In this document: positions 1 through 12,476 of the stretch, piece after piece
Layout: each line of letters opens with the position of its first letter
Position numbering within the stretch: the first letter of the stretch is position 1
Assembly (NCBI RefSeq): GCF_006345805.1
Contig: NW_021834152.1
Location: 1-51,563 of the forward strand
Length of the DNA stretch: 51,563 nt
Direction: 5' to 3'
Origin: Octopus sinensis
Lineage: Eukaryota
Notes under the pieces: generated by a model
What the model saw: only the letters and a program-made list of their open reading frames with translations
Databases searched by the model: none
Told to the model about the DNA's origin: nothing
Made by a program: the position numbers and the translations under genes

Positions 1-734
1 TGGTTTTGCTTGTGTTTTTTTTCTTCCATTTTTGGGATTTATATATATATATATATATTATGTGTGTGTGTATGTGTATATGTAATATATATATATTATA
101 TATTTAAATACACACACCACACACATGACTATACTACAGAGAAATGTAAGCAAACATATGTATACATTGTGTTACACTCATTCACATACTCACACATGCA
201 TACATACACAGAAATACAAATACATATATATATATAAAAAACACAAAATTATTTATTGATAATATAGCAAGTATTTCACACAATGTAAGAGGGTCATACG
301 AGGCTGGTGGCTGACCATTTCTTCTTACAGTAATGAAAGATCGTGCTATCACACATAAGCATCATAAACAACACACATCTCGTAAATTAGTTGACTCCTA
401 CAAGTCTATTATGTACTTATTTCTATATATAATATAATACCAACTGAAATAGAAAAAAATTTAAATAACATAACAAAAGACAGTGAGACAAGCACTGTAA
501 TATAACTGAAACAAGGTCGTTATCTGCTTTTAAAATGGTAGCAGAACACTTTAGTAGTTTAAGTAGGCTCCACACTGGAACGAGAGACATTATTAACAAT
601 AACCAATATGTGTTTTAGTTATAGAAAACTGAAATTGGCTAACACATCTACCACCCCAAGACTGTGAGACTGCAACAAACCATATACCATACTAACATAC
701 TACACCTATTATAGAGAGATAACTAAATAGATAG

Positions 735-738
735 ATGC

Positions 739-778
<40 letters not shown>

Positions 779-803
779 CTCTATCCATCCATCCATCCAT
801 CCG

Positions 804-853
<50 letters not shown>

Positions 854-870
854 CATCTATCTATATATAT
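735..870. repeat. (ATCT)n/(ATCC)n tetranucleotide microsatellite
   Basis: Direct reading. Similar tracts occur at about 1151-1210, 26805-26850 and 27213-27260. Confidence 0.95.
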
Positions 871-876
871 ATAATG

Positions 877-1045
877 ATAATTTAAGGTATCTAAGAGATA
901 CTGCCATGCTGAAAATAGCAGCCAAGATCTGACTCTAAAACCACATTAAATGCCCATACAGAACAAGACATTTAATGTGGTTTTAGAGTCAGACCTTTGG
1001 CTGCTATTTTCAGCATGGCGGCATCTCTTAAATACCCTAAATTAT
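877..1045. repeat. Foldback inverted repeat (76/77-bp arms, 16-nt loop), MITE-like
   Basis: 877-952 is the reverse complement of 969-1045, with 5 transitions and 1 indel. Confidence 0.9.
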
Positions 1046-1151
1046 AATTTTAATAATAATTATTACCTTTGAAGGTTTTTATTTCCATGCTGGCCACTTG
1101 ATAAGATCGGCATTTAATTTAAATTAGTGAGCTTGTCCTTTTTTATATAAA

Positions 1152-1210
<59 letters not shown>

Positions 1211-1980
1211 ATATTTATATATACATATATATATATATATCTACATACATTTACATATATATAATACGCATGGCTGTAGCCTCTGAGCTGAAACTGGTTA
1301 AAGTGTTATATATAAATTCATTTTGGGTATAAACCTTGCAGTTTTCTTTGCACACACACACACACACCTGTGCATGCATATATATATATATATATGTATG
1401 TATACAGAGATAAAGAGAAAGAGATATGTATATATGGATGTATATGAATATATATATACAAACGTACGTGTAAGTCATAAAAGTACTTTGCAGTCAATTT
1501 TTTTTATTTCTCTATAACAGTCAGGTAATCTAGAGTTCACTTTTATTTTGCACCACTGATGTATTCAAATCTAATTTTTGGTAGCCATACAAATATATTG
1601 GAAGTTCCTAATAATGACCTTGTCCCACTGAGGAACCCATTTAAGCTATAGAAGTGTTTTATGATTTTAGAAGCCGGCAATCATCGTGTTTTAGTTTTAT
1701 TTACAATGACTGTCTCCCTATCTCTTACTGCATTATAGATTTTCACATATCTCTCGACTTTATATTAATTTAAAGAAATAACTGCGATAGTCTTCTGGGA
1801 GTCAACTAATTTAAGAGATGCACCATTTGTTTATAATGGTATATGTGGTAGAGTGATCTGTAATACTACATGAAAATAATTCAAAACACATTCCAATACA
1901 CACAAAAACAAATGTATGTAATAAATATATATATATAAATTTGTATATTTTGTTTGTATGTTATATGTGTCTATGTTTGC

Positions 1981-2066
<86 letters not shown>

Positions 2067-2110
2067 ATATATATATATGTAATACATATGTGTGTGTGTT
2101 TGTGTGTGTG
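1981..2110. repeat. (TA)n/(TG)n microsatellite
   Basis: Direct reading. Comparable tracts occur at 4180-4290, 6240-6430, 20330-20680, 26690-26905, 27130-27205 and 35360-35580. Confidence 0.95.
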
Positions 2111-2537
2111 CGTGTGTACATATGCATTGGGCCTACTATACATGAACTTCCTCCTCATAACTAACCATATCCATTTGTTTTTGATCGGAATAAATTATGC
2201 ACTTTAGAGTAAAACACCGGTAATTACAAAATTTTAACTACCTCTCTCTCCTCTCTCTCTAATTTTTCTATGTATCTATCTGTCTGCATCTTTTATTTTA
2301 TCTACTATCTATTGATTATCCATCCAGCTAGTATGTATGTATGTTATGTATGTATGGTATTTATCAATTTCTATCTATGTTCTATCTATCTATCTCACTC
2401 AGTCGTCTCCTCTCTTCCTAAACTCTCCTCTCTCTATATATTATATTTATATATCATATATATATATATATTATATATAGAATATATATTATATCTAATA
2501 GCTATATATATAATAGTAGATATTATATAATAGTGAA

Positions 2538-2875
2538 GGAGCATAGCTCAGTGGTTAGATGCCGACTATTATTGTGAGGTTGTGAGTTCAATCTCGGACT
2601 GGTCTGCGTGTTTGTGTTCTTGAGCAAGACACTTTATTTTCACGTTGCTCCAGTCACATTCACTCATGCTATAACATTAGTTGTGACGTGTCACTGGTGC
2701 CAAGCTATATTGGCCCTTTGCCTTTCCCTTTGGATACAATCGGTGGTGTGAGAGGGGAGCCGAGATGGCATGGGTGACTGCTGGTCTTCCATAAACAACC
2801 TTGCCTGGACTTGTGCCTGGGAGGGTAACTTTCTAGGTGCAATCCCATGGTCAGTTATGACTGAAGGGAGCCTCA
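2538..2875 (+). mobile_element. tRNA-derived SINE
   Basis: A-box-like TAGCTCAGTGG and B-box-like GAGTTCAATC, followed by TTGAGCAAGACACTT and a GC-richer body. Confidence 0.75.
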
Positions 2876-3192
2876 GCATATGTATATATATAAAACAATC
2901 ATTCAGATGGGCATAACATAATGCAGTTTATTCTTAGTCCAACTTAGTGAGATGTCTAATCAGCAAAAATCTACAACTCAATGAGTATGCAGTGCTGTAT
3001 CTTTATGTGTATGTGAACCAAACAAGCATGAAGAAAATATGGTATATGTGCCACAAATATCTAGAGTTCTTATTGAATAAAATCACTTCATCAGCTGTTG
3101 CTGACTTAAAGACTTAATATATTTCTGACATCACATGGAACTGATTCATAAATCAAGTGGCAATAGACAAAATGCAGTCAGTATATATCCAT

Positions 3193-3495
3193 GGAGGCAC
3201 ATGGCCTAGTGGTTAGAGCAGTGGACTCGCGGTCGAGAGATCACAGGTTTGAATCTCAGATCAGGCAATGTGTGTGTTTATGAGCGAAACACCTAAGCTC
3301 TACACGACTCTAGCAGAGGGTAATGGCAAACTTCTGCTCTCTCTTTTGCCACAACTTTCTCTCAATCTTTCCTCTTGCATCTTGCAGCTCACCTGCGACG
3401 GACTGGTGTCTCATCCAGGTGGGGAACCTATACGCCAAGGAAACCAGGAAACCAGCCCTTATGAGCCAGGTGTGGCTCGACAAGGAACAAGCAAT
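3193..3495 (+). mobile_element. tRNA-derived SINE, family D
   Basis: Head TGGCCTAGTGGTTAGAGC...GGTTTGAATCTC. A highly similar copy lies at 34369-34640 (+). Confidence 0.85.
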
Positions 3496-3824
3496 ATATC
3501 CATGAGAAATAACAACTGTCATTGAAATGGAGTGATAAATGCATTTGTAGAGCTCCACTGGATGACTCTGATAAGTTGTGAAGCTTAGACATAGGCTAGG
3601 CACACATAGTCTTCTACTATAGCCTCGGGCCAACCAAAGCCTTGTGAGTGGATTTGGTAGATGGATACTAAAAGAAGCTTGTCATATATATAGATGTGTG
3701 TGTGTGTGCGTCTGCATGTGTGCATGTATGTGTGTGTGCGTTTGTGTGTCTGTGTTTGTTCCCACACCATCGCTTGACAAGCGATGTTGGTGTATTTATG
3801 TACCCATAACTTTGTAATTTTTTT

Positions 3825-3955
3825 CTAGACTTATACATGCCCTGATACCGGCGGTATCTACATATCAAATTTGAGAGCAATCAGATGGAGGATGCCTGAG
3901 ATCCTAGGAGACACACACACACAGACGGACAGAACCGATTTTATATAATAGATAT
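3825..3955 (+). mobile_element. Possible Helentron/HINE (DINE-1-like) terminal fragment
   Basis: CAAATTTGAGAGCAATCAG...ACACACAGACGGACAGA...TTTTATATAATAGAT resembles HINE 3' ends. Recognised by pattern only. Confidence 0.35.
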
Positions 3956-4182
3956 ATAGTGGTAACACGTTGGATAAAGCTGCATGGATACATAAACACT
4001 GGACACTAGGAATGCCACTGGATGCCACATCTTAAGATTTCTCTGCAGTAGAAACACGTATTGGACAGAAATTTAAAGCGAATGTATTGTATATAATACT
4101 GTAATGAACAAGTTTTTGAGGAGGTATAATTCTCAATTAATATTTCTAATGTCTTGAATACACACCCCTCTCTTTCTCTCCC

Positions 4183-4231
<49 letters not shown>

Positions 4232-4813
4232 TCTATATATGTATATATATATGTGTGTGTCTATGTGTGTATATATGTGTGTGTGTTTGTGTGAGTACAC
4301 TAAAACTTGTATGTCCTTGTAGTAAGCATAGCTAGAATTGTATTGAGCCAAATAATAAATGCTATGCAACAGATCCATCCAACCCACGCTATCAGATGTG
4401 TCAAGAAACCTTTGGAAAGACATCGTTATCTCTACACTGAGAGAAAATACATCTCTAACAATGACGATGATAGCATTGATGATGATGATGACGATGGTGG
4501 TGGTGAGGATGATGACATGTGGGGGAGGGGGAGGATGATTATGATGATTGTTATAGTAACGATGATGATGATGATGATGATGATGCTGATGGTCATGATG
4601 GTGGTGATTGCAAGCTATGATGTTGTTTGCATGGTCATCTTCAATTCGAGTGATTTTTGTGGGGGTGGCATGGAGGTAGGTGAGGGGAGAGGTGCTAATT
4701 AGAATAAATGAGTCTACATTATCATGAGGTTAATTGCCAGATAGACAAGTGATAGAAATTTACGTTGCCTAATTATACTGCTGTGTAAAACGCGTGCCTG
4801 GAAGAATAAGCAC

Positions 4814-4854
<41 letters not shown>

Positions 4855-5084
4855 GCTTATATGTATGCATGTAGGTTGTTGCTGTTGAGTACTGGTTCTG
4901 GTGTTGTTGTTGATATTTTTGTTGTTGTTGTTGGCTTTGTTGTAGATCCGCCTATTTCTCAGCTTGTGGTAAGCCTAATGAAAACAAATTCTTTAAACGA
5001 CACTTGAAATCTATCATGATTCCAGCAAAATCTAACAAACACGGTTTGTGACATTAAACACCATTAGCTGTATATTCTTTCATT

Positions 5085-5660
5085 AGGTCCAGTCATTTGA
5101 CTGCGGCCATGCTGGAGCACCGTCTTTAATCGAAGAAATCAACCCCAGGACTTATTCTTTGTAAGGCTAGTACTTATTCTATCGGTCTCTTTTGCTGACC
5201 CCCTCCCCAGTTACAGTGACGTAGACATGCCACCATCAGCTGTCAAGCGATGGTGGGAGACAAACACAGACACACAAACACACACCTCCAAAAAGCACCC
5301 ACTACACTCATGGAGTGGTTGGCGTTAGGAAGGGCATCCAGCTGTAGAAACACTGCCAGATCAGACTGGAGCCTGGTGCAGCCTCCTGGTTTCTCAGACC
5401 CCAGTCGAACCATCCATCCCATGCTAGCATGGAAAACGGACGTTAAACACTAATGATGATGATGATGATATATATATTTCTATATATTAATATATATATA
5501 TATATATACAACGGGCTTCTTTCAGTTTCTGTCTACCAAATCAACTCACAAGGTTTTGGTCAGCCTGAGGCTATAGTAGAAGACACTTGCCCAAGGTGCT
5601 TCACAGTGGGACTGAACCCGGAACCATGTAGTTGGTAAGCAAGCTACTTACCACACAGCC
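5085..5660 (-). mobile_element. Family B SINE interrupted by a family C (RTE-tail) fragment at 5291-5468 (+)
   Basis: The B tail, body and head match the intact copy at 50292-50708. The insert has GGAAGGGCATCCAGC...CCCATGCTAGCATGGAA and a (GAT)n tail. Confidence 0.85.
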
Positions 5661-6257
5661 AAAACATACACATATGCAGAGAGAGATAGAGACAGACATA
5701 GATGCACACTGCAAATGTTTTAGTAACTCATACTGGAACTTACTATATGTGTGTGTGTGTGTGTGTGTGATTATGTGTCACATTTGTGCTCCTGGCAAAA
5801 TGCTTAGTGTCATTTCTTCTGCCCCTTTACGTTCTGGGTTCAAATACTGCCATGGTCAATTTAATCTTTCTTCTTTCGAGCTCGATAAAATAAAATAGCA
5901 GCCAAATACTAGGGTTGATATATTTGACTTGCACCCTCCTCTCAAAGTTACTGGCCTTGTGCAAAACTTTGAAAGAATTATACACTCACTCAAACACACA
6001 TATGCAAACACATGCACACACACACACACATAGACAGCTATACATATATTTATATAGCAATAAGAAAATGGAGGGGATCAATAGGTGGTGTTCATCAACT
6101 TTTAGACATTATATTTAACTTATTTATTTACTAAAATGACAATTACAAGAATATACATACACGTATAACATATTATGCTTTACATTTATAATATATAAAG
6201 ATACCAGTAATTATTAAAATATATAACATACAGGAATAGAATTTTATATCTATATCT

Positions 6258-6297
<40 letters not shown>

Positions 6298-6353
6298 ATA
6301 TATATTATATATATAATATATATATATTATATAATATATATATATATATATAA

Positions 6354-6385
<32 letters not shown>

Positions 6386-7622
6386 ATTATATATATACTG
6401 TATATATATTATACATATATAATTATAATATAATTAAAGTTTTAGCAACAAGTTGCTTCACCACATACCGCAAATTTAGAAATAGCTGCCAAAGACAGCT
6501 AATTCTTTTCACTACAGATATGACTCCACAGATATTGTTATACATATATAAAACATTTTGTAAAAGTTTCTACTGATAATGGGGGGTTTTTTCCATACCA
6601 AAACTACTTGGTAAAATTTATTAATTATTAAATTAATAATTCTTGACCCTATATCTGTAATGATTATATATATATAATGAGAGAGGGAGAAAGAGAGAGA
6701 TACATATATGATTACACACCCACACATACATGCATGCATGCAATTTTTGTCGCTGCCATGATCTAAACGGTGTGGGAGTTATCTGCAAAACGACCGAAGT
6801 CGTTAGAGTAAGAAATGAATTGAGGAAAGTCAGAGAGTTTCCTCCCCTGTTGGCAACCATCGTTTTCTTCTCTTCGTGCAAGTAAGCCGTATGCAAGAAT
6901 TATGTGTCTCAAATGTGATGTTGCTTGATAGAGCGATATTAGATACTGAAGGGAGAAGGTTTGTGGATGATGGCGAGTAAAGAATCAGATGTGATCGACT
7001 GGATATGTTAGGTTAACCTGCGTCAGTGAGGATACACAAAAGAGCTGAGTAAACGGTTGATTATTAAAGACAATAGCTGACGCATAAAGTTTGAATGAGA
7101 GTTAAGACTTAATGCGTGATGTGAGGTTTAGGATTTAGAATTTCGAATATCTGTGATGGTTGGCAAGAGAGGAAACGAACATAATCTGCTGTATTTATAA
7201 TGTTGTAGTGCATAAGAGGCTGAATAAACATCTGTGAGATTAAAACAAACAGGTGGACATTAAGGATGTCTGCTGAAGTGTGTGTGTGTGTGTGTGTGTG
7301 CTGGGGAAAGGGATATAACGAAACTAAGACGGATGTGTCACGGGAATGGATGATGTTTGCTGAGTTGAAACAGAAGCAGTTGAATGATGTAGTTTATGTG
7401 GGTTAGAGGAGGAACGATGGAGAGAATCACAGAATCTGAAGCTGTTGATCTCGGAGAACAGACAGAAAAGCAAGAAAACTAGGGCAGATCAAATCTATCT
7501 AATCCCGACGAGAAAACTGGTACTCTGTCGGTTATGACGATGTGGGTCCCAGTTGATCTGATCAGCTGAACAAGCTGTTCGTGAAATTAATGTGCGAGTG
7601 GTTGAGTACTCCACAGACATCC

Positions 7623-8345
7623 ATACCTATTCATTTACTGCCCACAAGGGGCTAAACACTGGGAGGACAAACAAGGACAGACAAACGGATTAAGTCGATT
7701 ATATCGATCCCCAGTGCGTAACTGGTACTTATTTAATCGACCCCGAAAGGATGAAGGCAAAGTCGACCTCGGCGGAATTTGAACTCAGAAAGTAAAGACA
7801 GACGAAATGCCTATTTCTTTACTACCCACAAGGGGCTAAACACAGAGGGGACAAACAAGGACAGACAAATGGATTAAGTCGATTATATCGACCCCAGTGC
7901 GTAACTGGTACTTATTTAATCGACCCCGAAAGATGAAAGGTAAAGTCAACCTCGGCGGAATTTGAACTCAGAACGTAGTGGCAGACGAAATACCTATTTC
8001 TTTACTACCCACAAGGGGCTAAACACTAAGAGGACAAACAAGGACAGACAAACGGATTAAGTCGATTGTATCGACCCCCAGTGCGTAACGGGTACTTATT
8101 TCATCGACCCCGAAAGGATGAAAGGTAAAGTCGACCTCGGCGGAATTTGAACTCAGAACGTAGCGGCAGACGAAATACCTATTTCTTTACTACCCACAAG
8201 GGGCTACACACAGAGGGGACAAACAAGGACAGGCAAACAGAATAAGTCGATTATATCGACCCCAGTGCGTAACTGGTACTTATTTAATCGACCCTGAAAA
8301 TGATGAAAGGCAAAGTCGACCTCTAAGCATTTCGTCCAGCATTCT
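7623..8345 (-). repeat. Tandem array of four ~184-bp family A SINE units
   Basis: Units start at about 7623, 7809, 7992 and 8177. Each carries CCCACAAGGGGCTAAAC...GAAAGGATGAAAGG-AAAGTCGACCTC. Confidence 0.92.
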
Positions 8346-8379
8346 CAGAGATATTCAACATGACATAGAATGCATCAAA

Positions 8380-8538
8380 GTTGGCCCTTTTGCAATACAG
8401 GTACAACTCATTTTTATCAGTGGACTGGAGCAATGTGAAATAAAATATCTTGTCTAAGGAAACAGTGCACTACCAAGGATCGAACTCACAACCTTATGAT
8501 CATGAGCCAAATACCCCTAACCACCAAGCCATACACCT
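8380..8538 (-). mobile_element. tRNA-derived SINE fragment (head and core)
   Basis: The reverse strand reads TGGCTTGGTGGTTAGG...GTGAGTTCGATCC. The core is shared with 48778-49020. Confidence 0.7.
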
Positions 8539-8689
8539 TTAGTACGTGAGATGAAGATAACTGCAGATGTTGTTTTTGTATTTACAGATTTATGTAAATA
8601 AATCAATGCTGGACATTATGATTCCAATTGTTTGGTACAAAATATCTTATAAAAATAAGACGTGAGATACAAATCATCAAAAATAAATA

Positions 8690-9210
8690 CTGTAAATCCT
8701 CGAGTATAGTCCGCTCTTGAGTATAATACGCAGGGGATTTTTAGAGGGCTGTACCTCAGAAAAACCTAAACCTTGTGTATAATGCGCACCCTTTCTCTAC
8801 CTTGAGTCGTGTGTAATTAAGCCAGCAGTACCGCGTCGAACTAATACTTCCGTGCATGCGTAATACAATAATGGTGATGTTCTTAACTGTTATATGGGAA
8901 TGTAAATATGTTTGCAAATTGCTTTTGTTACATGTTATTCTGGTTCTGAATATTTTTATTTTAATAAATGTTGCTTACTGCAAGTTATGGACGATTCTTT
9001 TATGACTTCATTGCTTTCAGGCTTAGCTTAATGTATTTTCGCGCACTACATCACAAAATGCGTCTGAATAAACGTTGCCGGACAGCAAATAGAGACTCGG
9101 ACATTGCTTAGAAAATATTTTTCATTTTTAACCTCGTATATAGCACGCACTAGGGATTTTGACATTTAAATTTGGGGGAAAAGATGTGGATTATACATGA
9201 GGATTTATGG
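8690..9210. mobile_element. Non-autonomous Tc1/mariner-superfamily (pogo/Tigger-like) DNA transposon, 521 bp
   Basis: TIR CTGTAAATCCTCGAGTATAGTCCGC matches the reverse complement of the right end, CCATAAATCCTCATGTATAATCCAC. TA lies at 8688-89 and 9211-12. No transposase ORF is present. Confidence 0.8.
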
Positions 9211-10015
9211 TATAGATTCTTATATCAATGACTAGATTCCTAGATATCAATGACTATGGATTCTTATATCAATGATACAGGTTATGATGATAATGATGAT
9301 AATGATGATGATATATTTGCAGCAAGTGCGTGTTGTATGAAGGTATATTAAGCAATGATAAGTTTAATGATAACAATACGGTAGAAGCTTACAAGTCACG
9401 CAGCTTAAATTTATGTCTCCTTCTGGACCGTTAATACATAAACCAAGAAGGGAACCTCAAGCTAGGAATAATCAAATCTACTGCAAGAACAAATTTAAAA
9501 TCAGGACACATTGGATAATGTACTCCTAGGTACATCATGCTCGATCAAATGATGTGATTGTCATGATGGGACGCATTTGATTATGGATCTGCATAGAGCT
9601 AATCAATCCCTTATCTAGTTCAATGATTGCTTGGTCTTGCATGAAGCTGTGACCGTGGTCTCAAGATAAGTTCCTTTCTTTATTAATATTGTTTGCAGAC
9701 TCCCTGAAAAATGGTCGTGGTTGAAGTTATTCGATCTCTAAGAGACTGAAACACATGACCATATATACACACACTTTACTCCACACAAGGACACATATGG
9801 AGACACGGGTCCACACATATAGAGATGTACATTCATACATACAAACATGGTACGTAGTTGCAAAACACACACACACACAAGGAGACAGAGGTGCATACAT
9901 ATACAAACACATGCTCACACACATACGAAGAAAATACACAAACACGGACATGCAAGCACATGAATATGCAGAATACATACATACAGATGCATACACAAAC
10001 ATACATATATACATA

Positions 10016-10110
10016 TGCTCTCTCTCTATCCGCTCAGTCGAAGTCGACTCTCTGTCACTCGTTGGATCAGTGTCCTCCAGTCAGTTCTATCCTGGGCCGC
10101 TTCCTTCAGA
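10016..10110 (-). mobile_element. RTE (BovB-like) LINE extreme 3' end
   Basis: The minus frame reads LKEAAQDRTDWRTLIQRVTESRLRLSG*, matching the RTE ORF C-terminus, followed by a (GA)n tail. Confidence 0.75.
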
Positions 10111-10175
10111 TACACACACATGCATACATACATACATACATACATACATACATACATACGTACATGCATGCATAG

Positions 10176-10207
<32 letters not shown>

Positions 10208-11099
10208 CACATGCGCACAAACAAACAAAAAGGAACGCAGTGTAAATAATGGACAGAGTCAAGACTATTGAAAAGGTTGCAAGAGGCAACGAAAATTTTA
10301 GGAAAATAAAAATAAGTAATAAGTGGAAATTTTACCGGTGAGTGTGTTACATTATAAGGCACTAAAAGAAAATGACTCTCCCCAGACACAACAGAATATG
10401 CTTCAACACACGAACTCATATAAAGAATCTTGCAAACCAAATCCAAAAACGAAATAAGATATTAAAGATAATTCTAAACCCAAATTGAGGTTAAATAACA
10501 CAACATCAATCAATCACAGAGATTATGAAACAAAAATAAGATTCTAAACACAATTATACTGATATATATTTCGACAGGATACAAGAACCCTTATAAATAA
10601 AAGTCTGAGATGTGATGATAATCATGCGTTCCTTATAAACGTTTATAAAAGAAATTAAAAGAACCGTTACATATTAATAGTTCCTGAAAGCGATGAAAAT
10701 TTATGATCAAAGGGAAACAACTCTACCATGAAATGCTCATTATTTTCTCCTGAAACGATTTATTATCAAGAGAAATATTGATCGCATAATTCATCGACCC
10801 TTCTGTTTCTATCTTGTCGGTCGTTCGATTGTGTACCGTTATACAAATGTGAGGCGTTTGAACTCAGAACTATCATTTCTTGTTCAGTATTTCTAATTCG
10901 GTTTAATGTATTTTGCATTTCAGTTGATTTAGTCAAACAAACGAACCCCAAAACTTAATTTTTTTTTAAAGCCTGGTACTTATACTGTCGGTTCTTAAGC
11001 TGAACTGCTAAGTTATGGGAACGTAAACAAACCAGCACTGGTTGTCAAGTGGTGTTGGGGGACCAAAACAATGACAAATTGACACACAAATATATATAT

Positions 11100-11341
11100 A
11101 CCGGAGTAAAGACATAAATGTGAAACAAGGTGGAAAAAAGAGTACTCAATTCCCAGTGGTAGAGTAATATGCTTTATTTAAAGCAGCAGAAAATTCAACA
11201 AAACCTGCTACTTTGAGTTTCCCGTTGCCGTCCATCGGACAGTTTTTGCTAGATTCTAGCAAAAACTGTCCGATGAACGGCAACGGGAAACTCAGAGTAA
11301 TAGGTTTTGTTGAATTTTCTGCTGCTTTAAATGAAGTATAT
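11100..11341. mobile_element. Penelope-like pLTR remnant with an inverted duplication; two hammerhead-like folds
   Basis: 87-bp arms 11167-11253 and 11255-11341 surround T11254. The + arm reads CTGT-CCGATGA-ACGGCAACGG-GAAA-CTCAGAG-TA-ATAG. (TA)n flanks both sides. Confidence 0.75.
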
Positions 11342-11465
11342 ATATATATATAATCGGCGGTGCATCAGCAAAACGGCGGTGCATCAGCATGGCCGCAGCG
11401 CTGAGCTGAAACTAGAGAGAAAAAAAAAAAAATATATATATATATATAGCACCCACTTTGAAAAC

Positions 11466-11642
11466 TTACTCCTCAGATCCATCATGGCATCTGAATTAGC
11501 TTTTTAAACCAGACAATGTATTGAAATGACACCCACATAGATTGCATATATGATCTGGTCCACCATTAGCTGGAGTTGAGTTCTGATCTTTGTGGATCTT
11601 AAAATGTCTTTTCAGGCCTTATGGCATACACGGCATTCAAAA
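11466..11642 (-). pseudogene. Decayed two-finger C2H2 zinc-finger coding fragment (probably an RTE-LINE C-terminus)
   Basis: Minus strand reads FECRVCHK/frameshift/GLKRHFKIH...HICNLCGCHFNTLSGLKS*FRCH. Confidence 0.65.
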
Positions 11643-11951
11643 TCTACAGGTTGATCTGAAAGACTTGTCACCACCTGTAAATATTGTTTTAAATTTTCTA
11701 TTATCAAGGAGAGGGTTTCACAAAGCGATACCAGAATACCCAACAGTTGAAGGATGCTGTTTCAGCAGTTTTTGCGACAATTACCAAAGCACAGCTTTGT
11801 AAAATACCGCATAGAACATGGCACCACATCATTTTGTTTTACAAAAATGATAGCGTTCATACAGATCTTCTCAATGTGTGTCAGTATCAATGTCAATGAA
11901 AGTGAATATACTAAAACCAGTAAATGTGTTTGATATTATTATAGTGTTCCT

Positions 11952-12145
11952 AAGGCGGCAAGCTGGCAGAAACGTTAGCATGCTGGGCGAAATGCTTAGA
12001 GGTATTTCGTATGTCTTTACGTTCTGAGTTTAAATTCTGCCGAGGTCAACTTTGTCTTTTATCCTTTCGGAGTCAAAAAATTAATCGACTGACCCCCCCC
12101 CCAAAAAAAAATTTCGGGCCTTGTGCATAGAGTAAAAAAGATTAT
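11952..12145 (+). mobile_element. Family A SINE
   Basis: AAGGCGGCAAGCTGGCAGAAACGTTAGC...GAGTTTAAATTC core. Other A copies lie at 12842-13032(-), 16120-16328(-), 32125-32300(+), 32310-32500(+), 32975-33180(+) and 42240-42440(+). Confidence 0.85.
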
Positions 12146-12438
12146 ATTGCTCCAGTATTGGTTTTAGAAATTTTTGACAGAGGGGTGACAAGTCTTTTGG
12201 ACCACCTTATACACATATACATACATATAAAAATACTCTCCTGATATTGTGGAAATCCCAGTGAAGGAGCCTTGAATCTAGGTTAGAAACTGGCTCTTTC
12301 TCTACTGGGAAGAAATCTTGAGATAAAACTAAATAACAACATACATACATACGTTCATGTTTGCATAGATACGTGTACGTATGTGAAATTTCTATGCGCG
12401 TACGATTCCATGTATGTGCATTTGTGTGTTGGTGTGAG

Positions 12439-12476
<38 letters not shown>

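Noticed and set aside
4384-4455. C2H2-like string YQMCQETFGKTSLSLH*EKIH
   Set aside because: Wrong spacing, first Cys missing, an in-frame stop, and overlap with a family C-like fragment.
6745-7270. GC-richer segment as a coding exon or LINE
   Set aside because: No frame gave a motif I could recognise. Probably an unclassified repeat, so left unannotated.
7623-8345. CRISPR-like regular repeats
   Set aside because: The units are ~184-bp SINE copies with no unique spacers, in a eukaryotic context.
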